This document shows, piece after piece, positions 38,346-50,933 of a DNA stretch of 64,000 bases; position 1 is the first letter of the stretch, and every line of letters starts with the position of its first letter. The notes under the pieces were generated by a model. The model saw only the letters and a program-made list of their open reading frames with translations, was not told the DNA's origin and made no database searches. Made by a program: the position numbers and the translations under genes. Source of the DNA: Malacoraja senta. Taxonomy: Eukaryota. The DNA is taken from contig JAXLNO010000269.1 of the NCBI GenBank assembly GCA_038087875.1, forward strand, positions 62,001 to 126,000. Reading direction: 5' to 3'.

Positions 38346-39807
38346 TTGTCAGCCTTAGTTATCACAGCACAGACAATGTGGCCATGTAGGTTCCATCCGG
38401 CTGCTCCGTTCTTCTCCCACATCCCAAAGTAGTGTGGGCGGTGGGATGAATGACCGTTGTAAGGTGCAACTACTGTGCTGGTGAGTGGTGGAATCTGGGG
38501 GGGGGGGTTCATGGGATTGACGAGGGAGTGGGGGGGGGGTGTGGGGGGGGGGCGAGAATAAAAACGGAGGTTATTGTAGGATTAGTGTAATGGTTGATGG
38601 TTGGCACGGACTGGTATATCTCTCTCTAACTCTGCTGTCCCTGTCCCAGTGCTCTTCATCCACCGCCCTTCACTAGCTTCAGGCTACCACACCTCATTTT
38701 TAAAATGTTCAGCATTGCCTCCTTGGTCTGGGCACCCCTGTAACCTCAGGCCTCTAACGCTCCCGTCCAAGGTATGCCTCCCTCCCCCAGCCAACCCCCA
38801 CCTTCTCAACTAATGCTGAATTTAATGTGCCATGTCTTGAACTGCCAGGACCCCAAACTACAAAATTCCATCACAAAACCCCTCTCCCACTCCCTCTCTT
38901 TCCTTCCTAAAACTAATCTCCTTGACCAAGCTTTCAGCCACCGGCCCTGACTTTCACTTAAGTGGCTGAACATCATCTGGAAGTATAAACTTTCTTAAAT
39001 AGTAATTAATGCAACACACATGGATGCAGGGCGGTGGTGGAAACGGGTAGAGGAGGGAGGGGGTTGGGGAACGTTACAGAGTTGGCAAGGGTGAGTTGAA
39101 AACAAGGATGGCAATTTTTAAACATATACTTGTACGCGATAGTTTTCATTGTGCTTGGAGCCACACAAGCACATTCTTAACCGATGACAGCATGACTGGA
39201 CTTCAGTATCTGTTTCTCCAACATACTCCGGATTCCACAGCTGTTCTTCTCATTACAGGGGCGTCCATGTTACACGACTTACAAATCACTTCTCCTGTGT
39301 CCCACAATGTGCACACAATGCACTGGTATCATGTACAGTCAAACTCCAAGCATTCTTAGTGCTGCTGGACGAGCGGATTTTAAACACTATTGAAAGAGAC
39401 TACTATAAATATCTAAACCCTCTTTGATTGCATATGTTACTCTGTGGTAGAAAAAAATTTCCAATGAACCTGGCAGGTTTAAAAGAGGCAGGAAATATAT
39501 AAGTATTCCAGATCCCGGTTCAGGATGATAACCAACCCTTGTTTCCGCCCCCTTGGTGATCCAGACTCCTACCTTGGCCTCTGCTGCACTCTGGACCCCT
39601 GGCTGTGTCAACTCCGCTAGCCCAGACCCATGCCCCTGCTCATGTTCCGGACTGCCCAGCCCACTCATACTCTGGACTCTCAGATCAACAATCTGGACCA
39701 AGGCATGAGCCGGATGCTGGACCATCAGGATTCCCGAACAATCAGATGCCAGATTATCAGAGTTATTGAAGTAACATACCTGTGTTAGGAGAACATCATT
39801 ACTTCAG

Positions 39808-39905
39808 AAATAGACATAAAAAGCTGGAGTAACTCAGCGGGACAGGCAGCATCTTTGGAGAGGAGGAATGGGTGACGTTTTGGGTCGAGACCCTTCTTCA
39901 GACTG
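39808..39905 (-). mobile_element. Penelope-like pLTR tail with hammerhead motif (GAAA>AAAA)
   Basis: Minus strand CAGTCTGAAGAAGGGTCTCGACCCAAAACGTCACC. Confidence 0.7.
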
Positions 39906-40114
39906 GTAACTCCTTCATTATTTCGGAGTATGATGGAAGAAACATGATTCATATTTGCTGGGTCCTCACTGCTCCGATCATACTATGTCAAAGAGCAGGG
40001 AAGATATCACAAAGTTCTGGGCACCAATATCATTATCACATTCCTACTAGTTAGTGGGAGCTGTTCGTGCATTAACTGGCTGCCACGTAAGTACATCATA
40101 ATAGACACTGCAGA

Positions 40115-40900
40115 GGCAAGGAACTGCAGATGCTGATTTACAGGAAAAAAAGTGTTAGAGTAATTCAGAGGGTCAGACAGCATCTTTGGAAGTAGATAGG
40201 TGACATTTCGGGTCGGGACCCTTCTTCAGACTGATTATAGTAGGGAGGAAAACTGGAAGAGAAGTGGGGCTGGACAAAGCCTGGCAAGAGATATTGGTGG
40301 TACACAAAAATGCTGGAGAAACTCAGCGGGCTGCACCCGCTGCACCCGCTGCACCCGCTGCACCCGCTGCACCTGCTGCACCCGCTGAGTTTCTCCAGCA
40401 TTTTTGTGTACCTGGGATTTTCCAGCATCTGCAGTTCCTTCTTAAACAAAGAGTGGGGGGTTTAATTGGCAGATGGCCGGGCAAAGGTCAAAGATGAAAA
40501 GACATAGTGTGAGATAAGGAGATAAGGATAGATCTTCAGAATGATTGTAGTAGAGGGGAGAAAGCTAGAAAAGAAGTGGGGTGGGAAGAAGGGTCTCGAC
40601 CCGAAACATCGCCAATTTCTTCTCTCCAGAGATGCTGCCTGTCCCGCTGAGTTACTCCAGATTTTTGTGTCTGTCTGGGGTAGGACAAAGTCTGACAAGT
40701 GATAGTGGATGCAGGCAAGGGGGTGGGGGGGGGGGGGTTGATTGGTAATTGGGTGGATAAAGGCCAGAGATTAAAAGGAGGCAAAAGGCTGTAAGGAGAG
40801 AAATGGAGTAAAATGTGAAGACTGAGGAAGTGACATGGGTGGAAGGGGAAAGGGGGGAGAGATGGTGCAATAAATGGGTGTGCACCAGGCAGTTGCGGAG
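40115..40900. mobile_element. Cluster of Penelope-like pLTR fragments in both orientations
   Basis: Hammerhead-type motifs at about 40200 (-) and 40585 (+), plus a perfect 32-bp fold-back at 40299-40412. Confidence 0.7.
40199..40233 (-). ncRNA. Minimal type I hammerhead ribozyme motif (best-preserved copy)
   Basis: CAGT-CTGAAGA-A-GGGTC-CC-GACCC-GAAA-TG-TC-ACC. The core boxes and stem II are intact. Confidence 0.6.
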
Positions 40901-40919
40901 TACTTATAACTGATTCCAT

Positions 40920-41255
40920 TCACAAGGGATCGGAGAATTAGGCCATTCAAGTCTACTCTGCCATTCAATCATGGCTGATCTATCTCTCCCTCCGAACCCG
41001 ATTCTCTTGCCTTCTCCCCATAACCTCTGACGCCTGTACTAATCAAGAATCTATCTATCTCTGCCTTAAAAATATCCACTGACTTGGCTTCCACAGCCTT
41101 CTGTAGCAAAGAATTCCACAGATTCATCACCCTCTGACTAAAGAAGTTCCTTCCTAAAAGAACGTTCTTTAATTCTGAGGCTATGACCTATAGTCCAAGA
41201 CTCTCCCACTAGTGGAAACATCCTCTCCACATCCACTCTATCCAAGCCTTTCACA
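40920..41255 (-). mobile_element. HER1-type CR1 3' end
   Basis: Same 3' sequence as 890-1230 (gccattcaatcatggctgatc). Confidence 0.85.
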
Positions 41256-42106
41256 ATTGTTACCAGTTACATTCCAGGTTAACATCTTGATCTTCATACA
41301 TTAAGTTATGGGCTGTCACATACAAAAAAACACGCTCTTTTTTCTCTTAACATGACTTTACATGGTACGGCCAACATTACCACAGCCCAGCACATCACTC
41401 CAGAACATTTCCAATCAATTATTTCAACCACTTTTTATAACAGGCTAATCTATTTACAAAGCAAATTAGTTACAGGAGCAAGCCACATTGGCAAGACATT
41501 GACCAGCTCAATGCAGTGCTAGAACCTGGAAGTAATTAACAGAACTATTCTTCTGAAAGAATCAAAAATTAAACATTTCTCAGAAAGGAAAGAGACTTGC
41601 TTCGTGCCAATGAACAGGATGCAGCAAGATCTTGGACGTTAGTTTGTCAACGTACCAAGATCAACCTACACACATGCTCTTTATTAAAACAGTCGTTAGG
41701 GGAAATCATCAACACTTCACCCCTTGCAGAGGGAAGGACATGCCAGAAGGGAGTGTGGCCTGAGGATGTGATTTTAATATTGTCGTCCCTAATTCGCTCT
41801 CCCTCCCGGGTCACTCCTATTATTCCAACCTTTATTTTGTCTGATGAAGGCAAATGGCCAAAACATGAACAACCAGCCTGACACACTGTGAGGGTAGACA
41901 GTGGGTGCTCAGGACAAATAAACCAGGTAGGCTGGGGCAGCTGTACACAACTTCGCCTTCCAACAGACACTGAGCCATATTCTATTCCCTCTGGCTCAGT
42001 TGCTTGATCCGCCCACACTCTCTTAAAGTCCTCCAGGTTCCTTGGGGGTTGAATCACTAAACTGGTCCTTCAACTTGGTAACACAACATGGACAAAACCA
42101 AGCATC

Positions 42107-42425
42107 TTAGTTTAGAGATACAGCATGGAAACAGGCCCTACAGCCCATTGAGTCCACGCCAACAATCGATCACCCATTCACACTAGTGCTATGTTATCCC
42201 ACTTTCTAATCCACTCCCTAGACATTAGGGAAAACTCACATTGACAAATATTTTACAAGCCCACACATCTTTGAGATGTGGGAGAAAACCAGAATACAGA
42301 GAGGAAACTCATCTGGTCACAAGGAGAACATTCAAACTCCTCACAGAAAGCACCCGAGGTCATGATTGAATCCGGATCTTTGGCGCTGTGAGGCAGCTGC
42401 TCTACCAGCTGCTCCATTGTGCCGA
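42107..42425 (-). mobile_element. HE1-like SINE
   Basis: tttagagatacagcatggaaacaggccc tail and tRNA-like head on the minus strand. Confidence 0.8.
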
Positions 42426-43194
42426 TCGGGGTTTGAAATATATAGGTATCTTAAAGCCAACCTGGCTCATCTTTCTGTGTGTGCACCATCCTAAGAACAA
42501 AGAATAAAACCAAAATTGACAAGAATAGGTCAAGGATATATACATAAAACAAAGGTCACTCGTATATGAACAAAAGGGCATCAAGTGTAAACGTTTGAAA
42601 CTTGTAAAGTTTATGAACAACTATATCTCTCCCAGTCATGCTCTAAGTGCTTGGGCCTGGCTTATTATTAACACCCACATTATTAGATGCTTTTCTGGAA
42701 AGACCCATTTACATGGAGAAGTAGTTGCATTACGCATTTCACTGAGTGGGATTGTTTTTGTAGTAAGGTAGGGACATTGTAAATGCTGGTAGCAAAAGCC
42801 ATCACACTTAATGTTTCCTTTAATGGCATTCCTCAGAAGCAATGAGGCCATACAGGAAGCACAATCCAATAGCCTTTTCTTCATTTATGGTCCTGCAGTT
42901 TTGTCAGCATCAATGTTCTGAGCCAGGTATGAATGGTTTCACGTTCTACGTTCCTGGAATGGTGAGCAATAGAACCCCATCAGCGAGGGCTGGTTGTAGT
43001 ACCCTTTTCTTTACAATGGACAGCTCAGATATCGCCCAGTGCAACATATCAGTCTCTGCATTATGCGGGTTTATTAAAACCAAAGGACAGAGATACAAAA
43101 CTGAATGAAGTAAAAGAAGAAATCACTGTTTCTGTCGATAAATTTCTGTGACCTACATACAGAAAATTAGGTGCAATCTGCATTAAATCGTAAA

Positions 43195-43352
43195 AGCCCT
43201 GTTCCACAGTACGAGTTCATTCCAAGAGCTCTCCTGAGTTTGCCCTGATTCGAACTCAGAGATTTACGGTAATGGCCGCTCGTCGGTACTCGGGGCTCTC
43301 ATGGACATTTTTCAACATGTTGAAAAATCTTCACGAGTCTTCCCGTGCTTAC
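43195..43352. mobile_element. Truncated Harbinger-like MITE end
   Basis: GCCCTGTTCCACAGTACGAG terminus resembles the 13097 TIR. Contains TTTTTCAACATGTTGAAAAA. Confidence 0.55.
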
Positions 43353-43354
43353 CT

Positions 43355-43500
43355 CAGATTCAGATTCAGATTCAGAAAACTTTATTGTCTGTCGTAACAG
43401 AAAATCTTCTTTGGCGTGGCTCAACATACAAACAGGACAATGTACTGATAAGCAGTCATACAACACAGATTTCTGCGAGCACACATCTTATCTTAGTGAA
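43355..43500 (-). mobile_element. LINE 3' tail with (TGAATC)n, truncating the Gypsy element
   Basis: (tcagat)n plus actttattgtc. Same tail type as at 29930-29955. Confidence 0.6.
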
Positions 43501-45580
43501 GCCAGAGCGCAATACCCTGAACGGCCCCTCGTAGACGCGTTGCAGTGGGGACCGGTGTGAATCCCTGCAGACAAAAACAAACAAACAGTTCTGCAGGACT
43601 GGCGGCTTGTGGACTGCAGTTGTCTCATGCCGCGAGGTAGGCACCGGAGCCAGGCCGCTCACTCGCTCCCGGAGAGTCGCCGGGGCAGATTCCGGCTGCC
43701 CTCGAACCGCAGAGAGAAAGTCCCCGGGCACCCGCAAAGCTGAGCCGTACACTAACTCGGCGGAAGATGCATCTAAGTCCGCTTTGGGGGCCGTGTGGAT
43801 GCCTAGTAACACCCAAGGCAACTGGTCGACACAGTCTGGACCCGTGAGCCGTGCCTTCAGCGCCGACTTGAGGTGGCGGTGGAAGCGCTCAATGAGCCCG
43901 TTGGCCTGGGGGTGATAGGCGGTGGTGTGGTGCAACCGCGCCCCGTACAATTGTGCCAGTGAAGTCCACAAAGAGGACGTGAACTGTGTTCCCCGGTTGG
44001 TAGAAATGTCTGATGGAACCCCAGACCCAGCAATCCAATTGGCCGCAAGGGCCCGGGCACAAGACGCGACGGTTCACAAGAGGCCTCCAGCCACCTCGTG
44101 AACCGATCCACCACCGTGAGGAGATGAGTGGCGCCTCGGGATGTCGGTAACGGGCCCACCAAGTCGACATGGATGTGCGTAAACCGGGCCGAAGGGACAG
44201 CAAAGTCCTGTACTGGGGGCCGTACATGCCGCTGCACTTTGGAAGTTTGGCAGGGAATTTGGCACGAGCCCAGGCTGCAACCTGCTTGTGGAGGCCGTGC
44301 GCGGAGGTCGCCCGGATGGAAGGGTGGGCCAGGCCATGGATGGCGTCGAAAATCCAACGGCGCCAATGCAAGGGAACGATGGGACGAGGCTGACCAGTGG
44401 AGATGTCACACAGTACTACCGTGCCCGAGGGCCCGCGCGGGACGTCAGCCAACCGCAACCCAGAAGCAGCTGTCTTGCAGTCCGCCATCCCACCATCCGC
44501 ACTTCCGTGGTAAACTCAGAAACAAAGGTGAGGTGTCGCTGCTGCCGGGCAGACCACGGGTCAGACACCTTTCTCAAGGCGAAAGTCAGGGGCTTATGGT
44601 CGGTAAATGCGGTGAAAGGCCTGCCCTCCAGAAAGTATCGGAAATGCCAGCGATGGCCAGGTATAGAGCGAGAAGCTCCCTGTCAAAAGCACAACGTTCA
44701 GGGGCCCGCAGATGAGCTGCTCCAACACGCCGCCCACAGCCGTGTCAGAGGAATCCACCGTGAGAGCCGTCCAGGCCGAGGCCCGCGGGTGGACAAACAT
44801 GGTGGCGCTCGCTAGGGCCGCTTTGGCGCCCTCGAAAGCAGTGTCTGCCTCAGCGGACCATACGAGCTCCCGCGGCTTGCCCGCGAGGCACTGGAAGAGG
44901 GGGCGCATGATTCTGGCCACCACCAGCACGAAATGGTGGTAAAAGTTTACCATCCCGACAAACTCCTGCAACCCTTTCACCATGCGCGGCCAGCGAAACT
45001 GCCGGATGGCGTCCACCTGAGAGGGTAACGGGGCGGCGCCCTGAGATGTTACACTGTGCCCCAGGAACGAAATGGAGCGGAGGCCAAACTGGCATTTGGA
45101 GGGGTTGATGATAAGGCCATGGTCCTGGAGCCAATGGAAGAGAGTCCGCAGGTGCCCGAGGTGCTCCTGCTGAGAGCGGCTCGCAACCAGGATGTCGTCC
45201 AGGTAAATGTAGACCGAACGGGGTGATGGTTGCGGTCTTGGGTACGTCGTCCGGGTGCACAAGGATTTAATTATAACCGCGGACCAGGTTTACCTTGCAA
45301 AAAAAGGTAGCACCTTCCAGATGGGCCGAAAAGTCTTGTATGTGTGGTACAGGGTAGCGGTCCGCGGTTGTAATGGCGTTCAGACGCCTATAGTCCCCAC
45401 ATGGTCTCCACCCCCCAGATTCCTAGGGGACCATGTGTAGCGGGGATGTCCACGGGCTATCCGAGCGCCGCACAATCCCCATGTCCTGCTGGAACTCCTC
45501 CCGGGCGATGCGCAGCTTGTCTGGTGGCAGCCAGCGCGCTCGGGCGTGCACTTTCGGTCCCACAGTGGGGATATGATGCA
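43500..45580 (-). mobile_element. Gypsy/Ty3 LTR retrotransposon pol remnant (RT-RNase H-integrase)
   Basis: RT SDSPWTSPLHMVP and YLDDILVAS; RNase H LTVDSSDTAVGGVLEQ; integrase HVDLVGPLP..TVVDRFTRW, TAYHPQANGLIERFHR and GPF. Frameshifted. Confidence 0.95.
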
Positions 45581-48500
45581 CTGGTGCAGTGGGCAGGGAT
45601 TCAAGTTTCTGGATCATTGGAACTGCTTTTGGGGAAGGTGTGACCTGTACAAAAAGGACGGGTTGCACTTGAACCCGAGGGGGACCAATATCCTGGCGGG
45701 GAGATTTGCAAAGGCTACTGGGGAGACTTTAAACTAGAACGGTTGGGGGGAGGGACTCAAATAGAGAAAACTAGTAGACAGTGTGTGAGGCAGGAGGCAG
45801 AGAAGGGAAGCACTCAGACCCAACATGTAGGGGGGAAAGAAGAAAAAGATAATAAACAGAGAATAACAGGTGGTGGGTTTCTTAAATGTGTGAGCAGAGA
45901 GACAGAGGGGTGTAAAATGAGGATAGAAGCAATAGGTAGCAAGGTGAAAATAAAAGTGGTAGGCAAAAATCAAAAAGGGCCATTTTCATCATAATTGTAT
46001 AAGGGGTAAGAGTGTTGTAAAAACAAGCCTGAAGGCTTTGTGTCTCAATGCAAGGAGCATTCGTAATAAGGTGGATGAGTTGAATGTGCAGATAGCTATT
46101 AATGACTATGATATAGTTGGGATCACGGAGACATGGCTCCAGGGTGACCAAGGCTGGGAGCTGAACATCCAGGGATATTCAATATTCAGGAGGGATAGAC
46201 AGAAAGGAAAAGGAGGTGGGGTAGCGTTGCTGGTTAGAGAGAAGATTAACGCAATAGAAAGGAAGGAGATTAGCTTGGAGGATGTGGAATCGATATGAGT
46301 AGAGCTGCGAAACACTAAGGGGCAGAAAACGCTAGTGGGAGCTGTGTACAGGCCACCTAACAGTAGTAGTGGAGTTGGGGATGGCATCAAACAGGAAATT
46401 AGAAATGCGTGCAACAAAGGTAAAACAGTTATAATGGGTGACTTCAATCTACATATAGATTGGGTGAATCAAATTGGCAGGGGTGCTGAGGAAGAGGATT
46501 TCTTGGAATGTATGCGGGATAGTTTTCTAAACCAACATGTAGAGGAACCAACGAGAGAGCAGGCTATTCTAGACTGGGTATTGAGTAATGAGGAAGGGTT
46601 AGTTAGCAGTCTTGTTGTGCGTGGCCCTTGGGCAAGAGTGACCATAATATGGTTGAGTTCTTCATTAGGATGGAGACTGACATAATTAATTCAGAAACAA
46701 GGGTTCTGAACTTAAAGAAAGGTAACTTTGAGGGTATGAGACGTGAATTGGCCAAGATAGACTGGCAATTGATTCTTGAAGGATTGACGGTGGATATGCA
46801 ATGGAAGGCATTTAAAGACTGCATGGATGAACTACAACAATTGTTCATCCCAGTTTGGCAAAAGAATAAATCAGGGAAGGTAGTGCATCTGTGGATAACA
46901 AGGGAAATCAGGGATAGTATCAAAACAAAAGATGAAGCATACAAATTAGCCAGAAAAAGCAGCCTACCAGAGGACTGGGAGAAATTCAGAGTCCAGCAGA
47001 GGAGGACAAAGGGTTTAATTAGGAAAGGGAAAATAGATTATGAAAGAAAACTGGCAGGGAACATAAAAACTGACTGCAAAAGTTTTTATAGATATGTGAA
47101 GAGAAAAAGATTAGTTAAAACAAATGTAGGTCCCTTGCAGTCAGAAACAGGTGAATTGATCATGGGGAACAAGGACATGGCAGACCAATTGAATAACTAC
47201 TTTGGTTCTGTCTTCACTAAGGAAGACTTAATTAATCTGCCGGAAATAGCAGGGGACCGGGGGTCAAATGAGATGGAGAAACTGAGTGAAATCCAGGTTA
47301 GCCGGGAAGTGGTGTTAGGTAAATTGAATGGATTAAAGGCCGATAAATCCCCAGGGCCAGATAAGCAGCATCCCAGAGTACTTAAGGAAGTAGCCCCAGA
47401 AATAGTGGATGCATTAGTGATAATTTTTCAAAACTCTTTAGATTCTGGAGTAGTTCCTGAGGATTGGAGGGTAGCTAATGTAACCCCACTTTTTAAAAAG
47501 GGAGGGAGAGAGAAAACGGGGAATTACAGACCAGTTAGTCTAACATCGGTAGTGGGGAAACTGCTAGAGTCAGTTATTAAAGATGGGATAGCAGCACATT
47601 TGGAAAATGGTGAAATCATTGGACAAAGTCAGCATGGATTTATGAAAGGTAAATCATGTCTGACGAATCTTATAGAATTTTTCGAGGATGTAACTAGTAG
47701 AGTGGATAAGGGAGAACCAGTGGATGTGTTATATCTGGACTTTCAGAAGGCTTTCGACAAGGTCCCACATAAGAGATTAATATACAAACTTAAAGCATAT
47801 GGTATTGGGGGTTCAGTATTGATGTGGATAGAGAACTGGCTGGCAGACAGGAAGCAAAGAGTAGGAGTAAACGGGTCCTTTTCAGAATGGCGGGCAGTGA
47901 CTAGTGGGGTACCGCAAGGCTCAGTGCTGGGACCCCAGCTATTTACAATATATATTAATGATTTGGACGAGGCAATTGAATGCAACATCTCCAAGTTTGC
48001 GGATGACACGAAGCTGGGGGGGGCAGTGTTAGCTGTGAGGAGGGTGCTAGGAGGCTGCAAGATGACTTGGATAGGCTGGGTGAGTGGGCAAATGCCTGGC
48101 AGATGCAGTATAATGTGGATAAATGTAAGGTTATCCACTTTGGTGGCAAAAACAGGAAAGTAGACTATTACCTGAATGGTGGCCGATTAGGAAAAGGGGA
48201 GATGCAACGAGACCTGGGTGTCATGGTACACCAGTCATTGAAAGTAGGCATGCAGGTGCAGCAGGCAGTGAAGAAAGCGAATGGTATGTTAGCATTCATA
48301 GCAAAAGGATTTGAGTATAGGAGCAGGGAGGTTCTACTGCAGTTGTACAGGGTCTTGGTGAGACCACACCTGGAGTATTGCGTACAGTTTTGGTCTCCTA
48401 ATCTGAGGAAAGACATTCTTGCCATAGAGGGAGTACAGAGAAGGTTCACCAGACTGATTCCTGGGATGTCAGGGCTTTCATATGAAGAAAGACTGGATAG

Positions 48501-48940
48501 ACTTGGCTTGTACTCGCTAGAATTTAGAAGATTGAGGGGGGATCTTATAGAAACTTACAACATTCTTAAGTGGTTGGACAGGCTAGATGCAGGAAGATTG
48601 ATCCCGATGTTGGGGAAGTCCAGAACAAGGGGTCACAGTTTCAGGATAAAGGGGAAATCTTTTAGGACTGAGATGAGAAAACAAAAATGTTTACACAGCA
48701 AGTGGTGAATCTCTGGAATTCTCTGCCACAGAATGTAGTTGGGGCCAGTTCATTTGGCTATATTTAAGAGGGAGTTAGATGTGACCCTTGTGGCTAAAGG
48801 GATCCGGGGGTATGGAGAGAAAGCAGGTACAGGATACTGAGTTGGATGATCAGCCATGATCATATTGAATGGCGGTGCAGGTTCGAAGGGCCGAATGGCT
48901 TACTCCTGCACCTATTTTTCTATGTTTCTATGTTTCTATG
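45581..48940 (+). mobile_element. Near full-length young HER1-type CR1 LINE
   Basis: ORF1 esterase C-terminus (DGLHLN, 45546-45737); ORF2 APE endonuclease (NARS, GITETWL, MGDFN, SDH) and RT (46628-48163). Few stops or frameshifts. (TTTCTATG)3 tail. Confidence 0.97.
46038..48840 (+). pseudogene. CR1 ORF2 (APE endonuclease plus reverse transcriptase), disrupted
   Basis: Successive ORFs 46038, 46335, 46628 and 48067 form one ORF2, broken by a stop at 46298 and by frameshifts. Confidence 0.92.
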
Positions 48941-49550
48941 ACCCCGTGCGGAAACGGGGGTTGAGGAGATCCGGGAACTGGGCGAGGAGGGAAGCATAGG
49001 GGCCCGCAACCTCGGCCACCGCGCTGAGCTGCGGGCTAGGTCGAGCCGAGGGCCGCGGGTCCGAGGCCTGCCGGTAGAATCATGCGCCTGTCCCGCACAT
49101 CGATGTCATCTGGCATTTGTTCAAGGAACGCCTGCTCGAACAGGAGGCACGGGCGATGGCCGTCCATTAAGGCGAGCATCTCGCTCATTAGGGTGGACGG
49201 CTTGCGGTCGCCCAGACCTTCCATGTGTAGGAGGCGGGCAGCGCGGTCTCGGCGGCTGAGCCCGAATGTACGGAGGAGGGCTTTGAGGCCGTCATACTTC
49301 ACGAGCGCCGGTGGGTCCTGCAAGAACGGCAGTAACCGCGAGGCAGGCTCCTGATTGAGAGTTCCGACGACGTAGAAATACTTTGTGTCGTCGACGACGA
49401 TGTTCTGCAGATGAAACTGAGCCTCGATGTGTGCAAACCAGACCTGTAGTTGCTCTGCCCAGAACACGAGCAGCTTGAGGCCACGGCATTTTGCTGGGCA
49501 TCAGGGATGGCGGCGGCTTGCATGATGGATGTCCAATATTCAGTTGCAAG
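48941..49550 (-). mobile_element. Gypsy gag remnant with internal deletion
   Basis: ORF 49036-49467 FW..Q.QVWFAHIEAQF...LGDRKPSTLMSEMLAL is typical of Gypsy gag. It joins directly to pre-RT sequence. Confidence 0.85.
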
Positions 49551-49564
49551 CGTCGGGGTCACCA
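49551..49564 (-). other. Primer binding site complementary to the tRNA-Trp 3' end
   Basis: TGGTGACCCCGACG pairs with the vertebrate tRNA-Trp end ...CGUCGGGGUCACCA. Confidence 0.85.
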
Positions 49565-49565
49565 G

Positions 49566-49784
49566 TTTGGCGAGTCAAGACGGTGGCTAAGTAAAATTGT
49601 TTAATTTTGAGAACAAAAATAACGAATTTACCCGAGTCGCTAAAGACAGCCAAATACATGATGTTGGTTACACACGCGCGGCGTTAGAATTTATCAATAC
49701 AGTAAAAAGCCGCGAATAAAACACCCGCGCTCCAGCCAATCACGAGGGTTCGACTACACAGAGCCACCGCCAGGTGTCGCTACA
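49566..49784 (-). mobile_element. Gypsy 5' LTR (~220 bp)
   Basis: Starts TGTAGCGA on the minus strand and ends TCGCCAAA next to the PBS. No 3' LTR in the window. Confidence 0.75.
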
Positions 49785-50060
49785 ATAGCATTTTAATTCC
49801 AGTGAAAAAGTCCAATGTCCACAATGAGGTAGGTTGAAAGATTGGGACGAAACCCAAACTTTTGGGAGGACTCTTTGGAAGTCTGATAACAGAAGGAAAG
49901 AAGCTAATCCTGGTGATACAAGTGTTCAGGGTTTTGTATCTTCTGCCCGACGGGAGCGAGATGAGGAGGAACAACCAGGGTGAAAATGTTCCTTGATAAT
50001 GTTGGCTGCTTTCTCAGGGCAGCATGAAGTGGAGATGCAGGCAACAGTGGGGAGGACATT
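49785..50060 (-). mobile_element. Rex-Babar 3' fragment
   Basis: ORF 49780-49974 SLPSGRRYKTL..SFFPSVIRL. Confidence 0.78.
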
Positions 50061-50933
50061 CAGAGTTCGCAGGTGGAAAGTGTCTAAAGAAGAGAGAATT
50101 CAATGTTATGCCTAGATTGGATTTCCATTATTAACTCAACTACAACCAGTACAGGAAAGAACCTTCAATTACAACCAGACCTACTTAAGTTTCTCTCTTG
50201 GTTCCTTTCACACAAGAAAATAGGAGCAGCAGTAGCCCACTCGGCCCCCCAATGATCGTTGCTGACCTATACTGGCCTGAATTCTTCACCTTATTTTGTT
50301 GCCCTCAGGAATATTTCCATTGGTTCCACGTGAACGGCTGAGTCTGTTCATCCACGAGACCTCCCTAAGCTACTCACCATGCCCTTGCCTGCCCTTGCCA
50401 CTGCACTACAGGAAATCCCATTGCTATTTTCTTCACACTGCATCACCATCTTGTTGTTCTGTCAAGCCACAACACCGCAGTTCAACGTCATTGCCACTTC
50501 TGTCGACTCCTGCGTGTTGCTAGCTGCAGGAGATAAAAATGGCGAAACTATCAAGCCAATTTTCTTCACTGTAGACAGTAACTGTAACAGCGGAGTCCAA
50601 CACAGCAATGCATCAAACGTCAAACCATATTGATGGACACAAAATGCTGGAGTAACCCAGCGGGACAGGCAGCATCTCTGGAGAGAAGGAATGGGTGACG
50701 TTTCGGGTCATAAAAGGGAACATATTCTGCTTCTGCGATAGAGGATGCAGTGTAGTTTGTAAGACAGATGCAGCATCAAGGAGTAGCAATGGATCATTTA
50801 GATTTTAGCCACGCTCCATGGAGTGTTGGCCACATTCCTAATGGTTGGAGCAGTGTGAAGAGACCGATCAGGGGCCAAACTCTGCCCACCAGGATGCATC
50901 GTAAAATGTGCTGGCAATCTCAAACCACTCATA

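Noticed and set aside
39335..39770. Possible Tigger/pogo-like MITE (cagtcaaactcc ... gccagattatcagagtt)
   Set aside because: The termini are too degenerate to pair convincingly.
40264..40497. ORF with (APA)n repeat
   Set aside because: It is the translation of the 9-bp tandem array inside a PLE hairpin, which is open in multiple frames.
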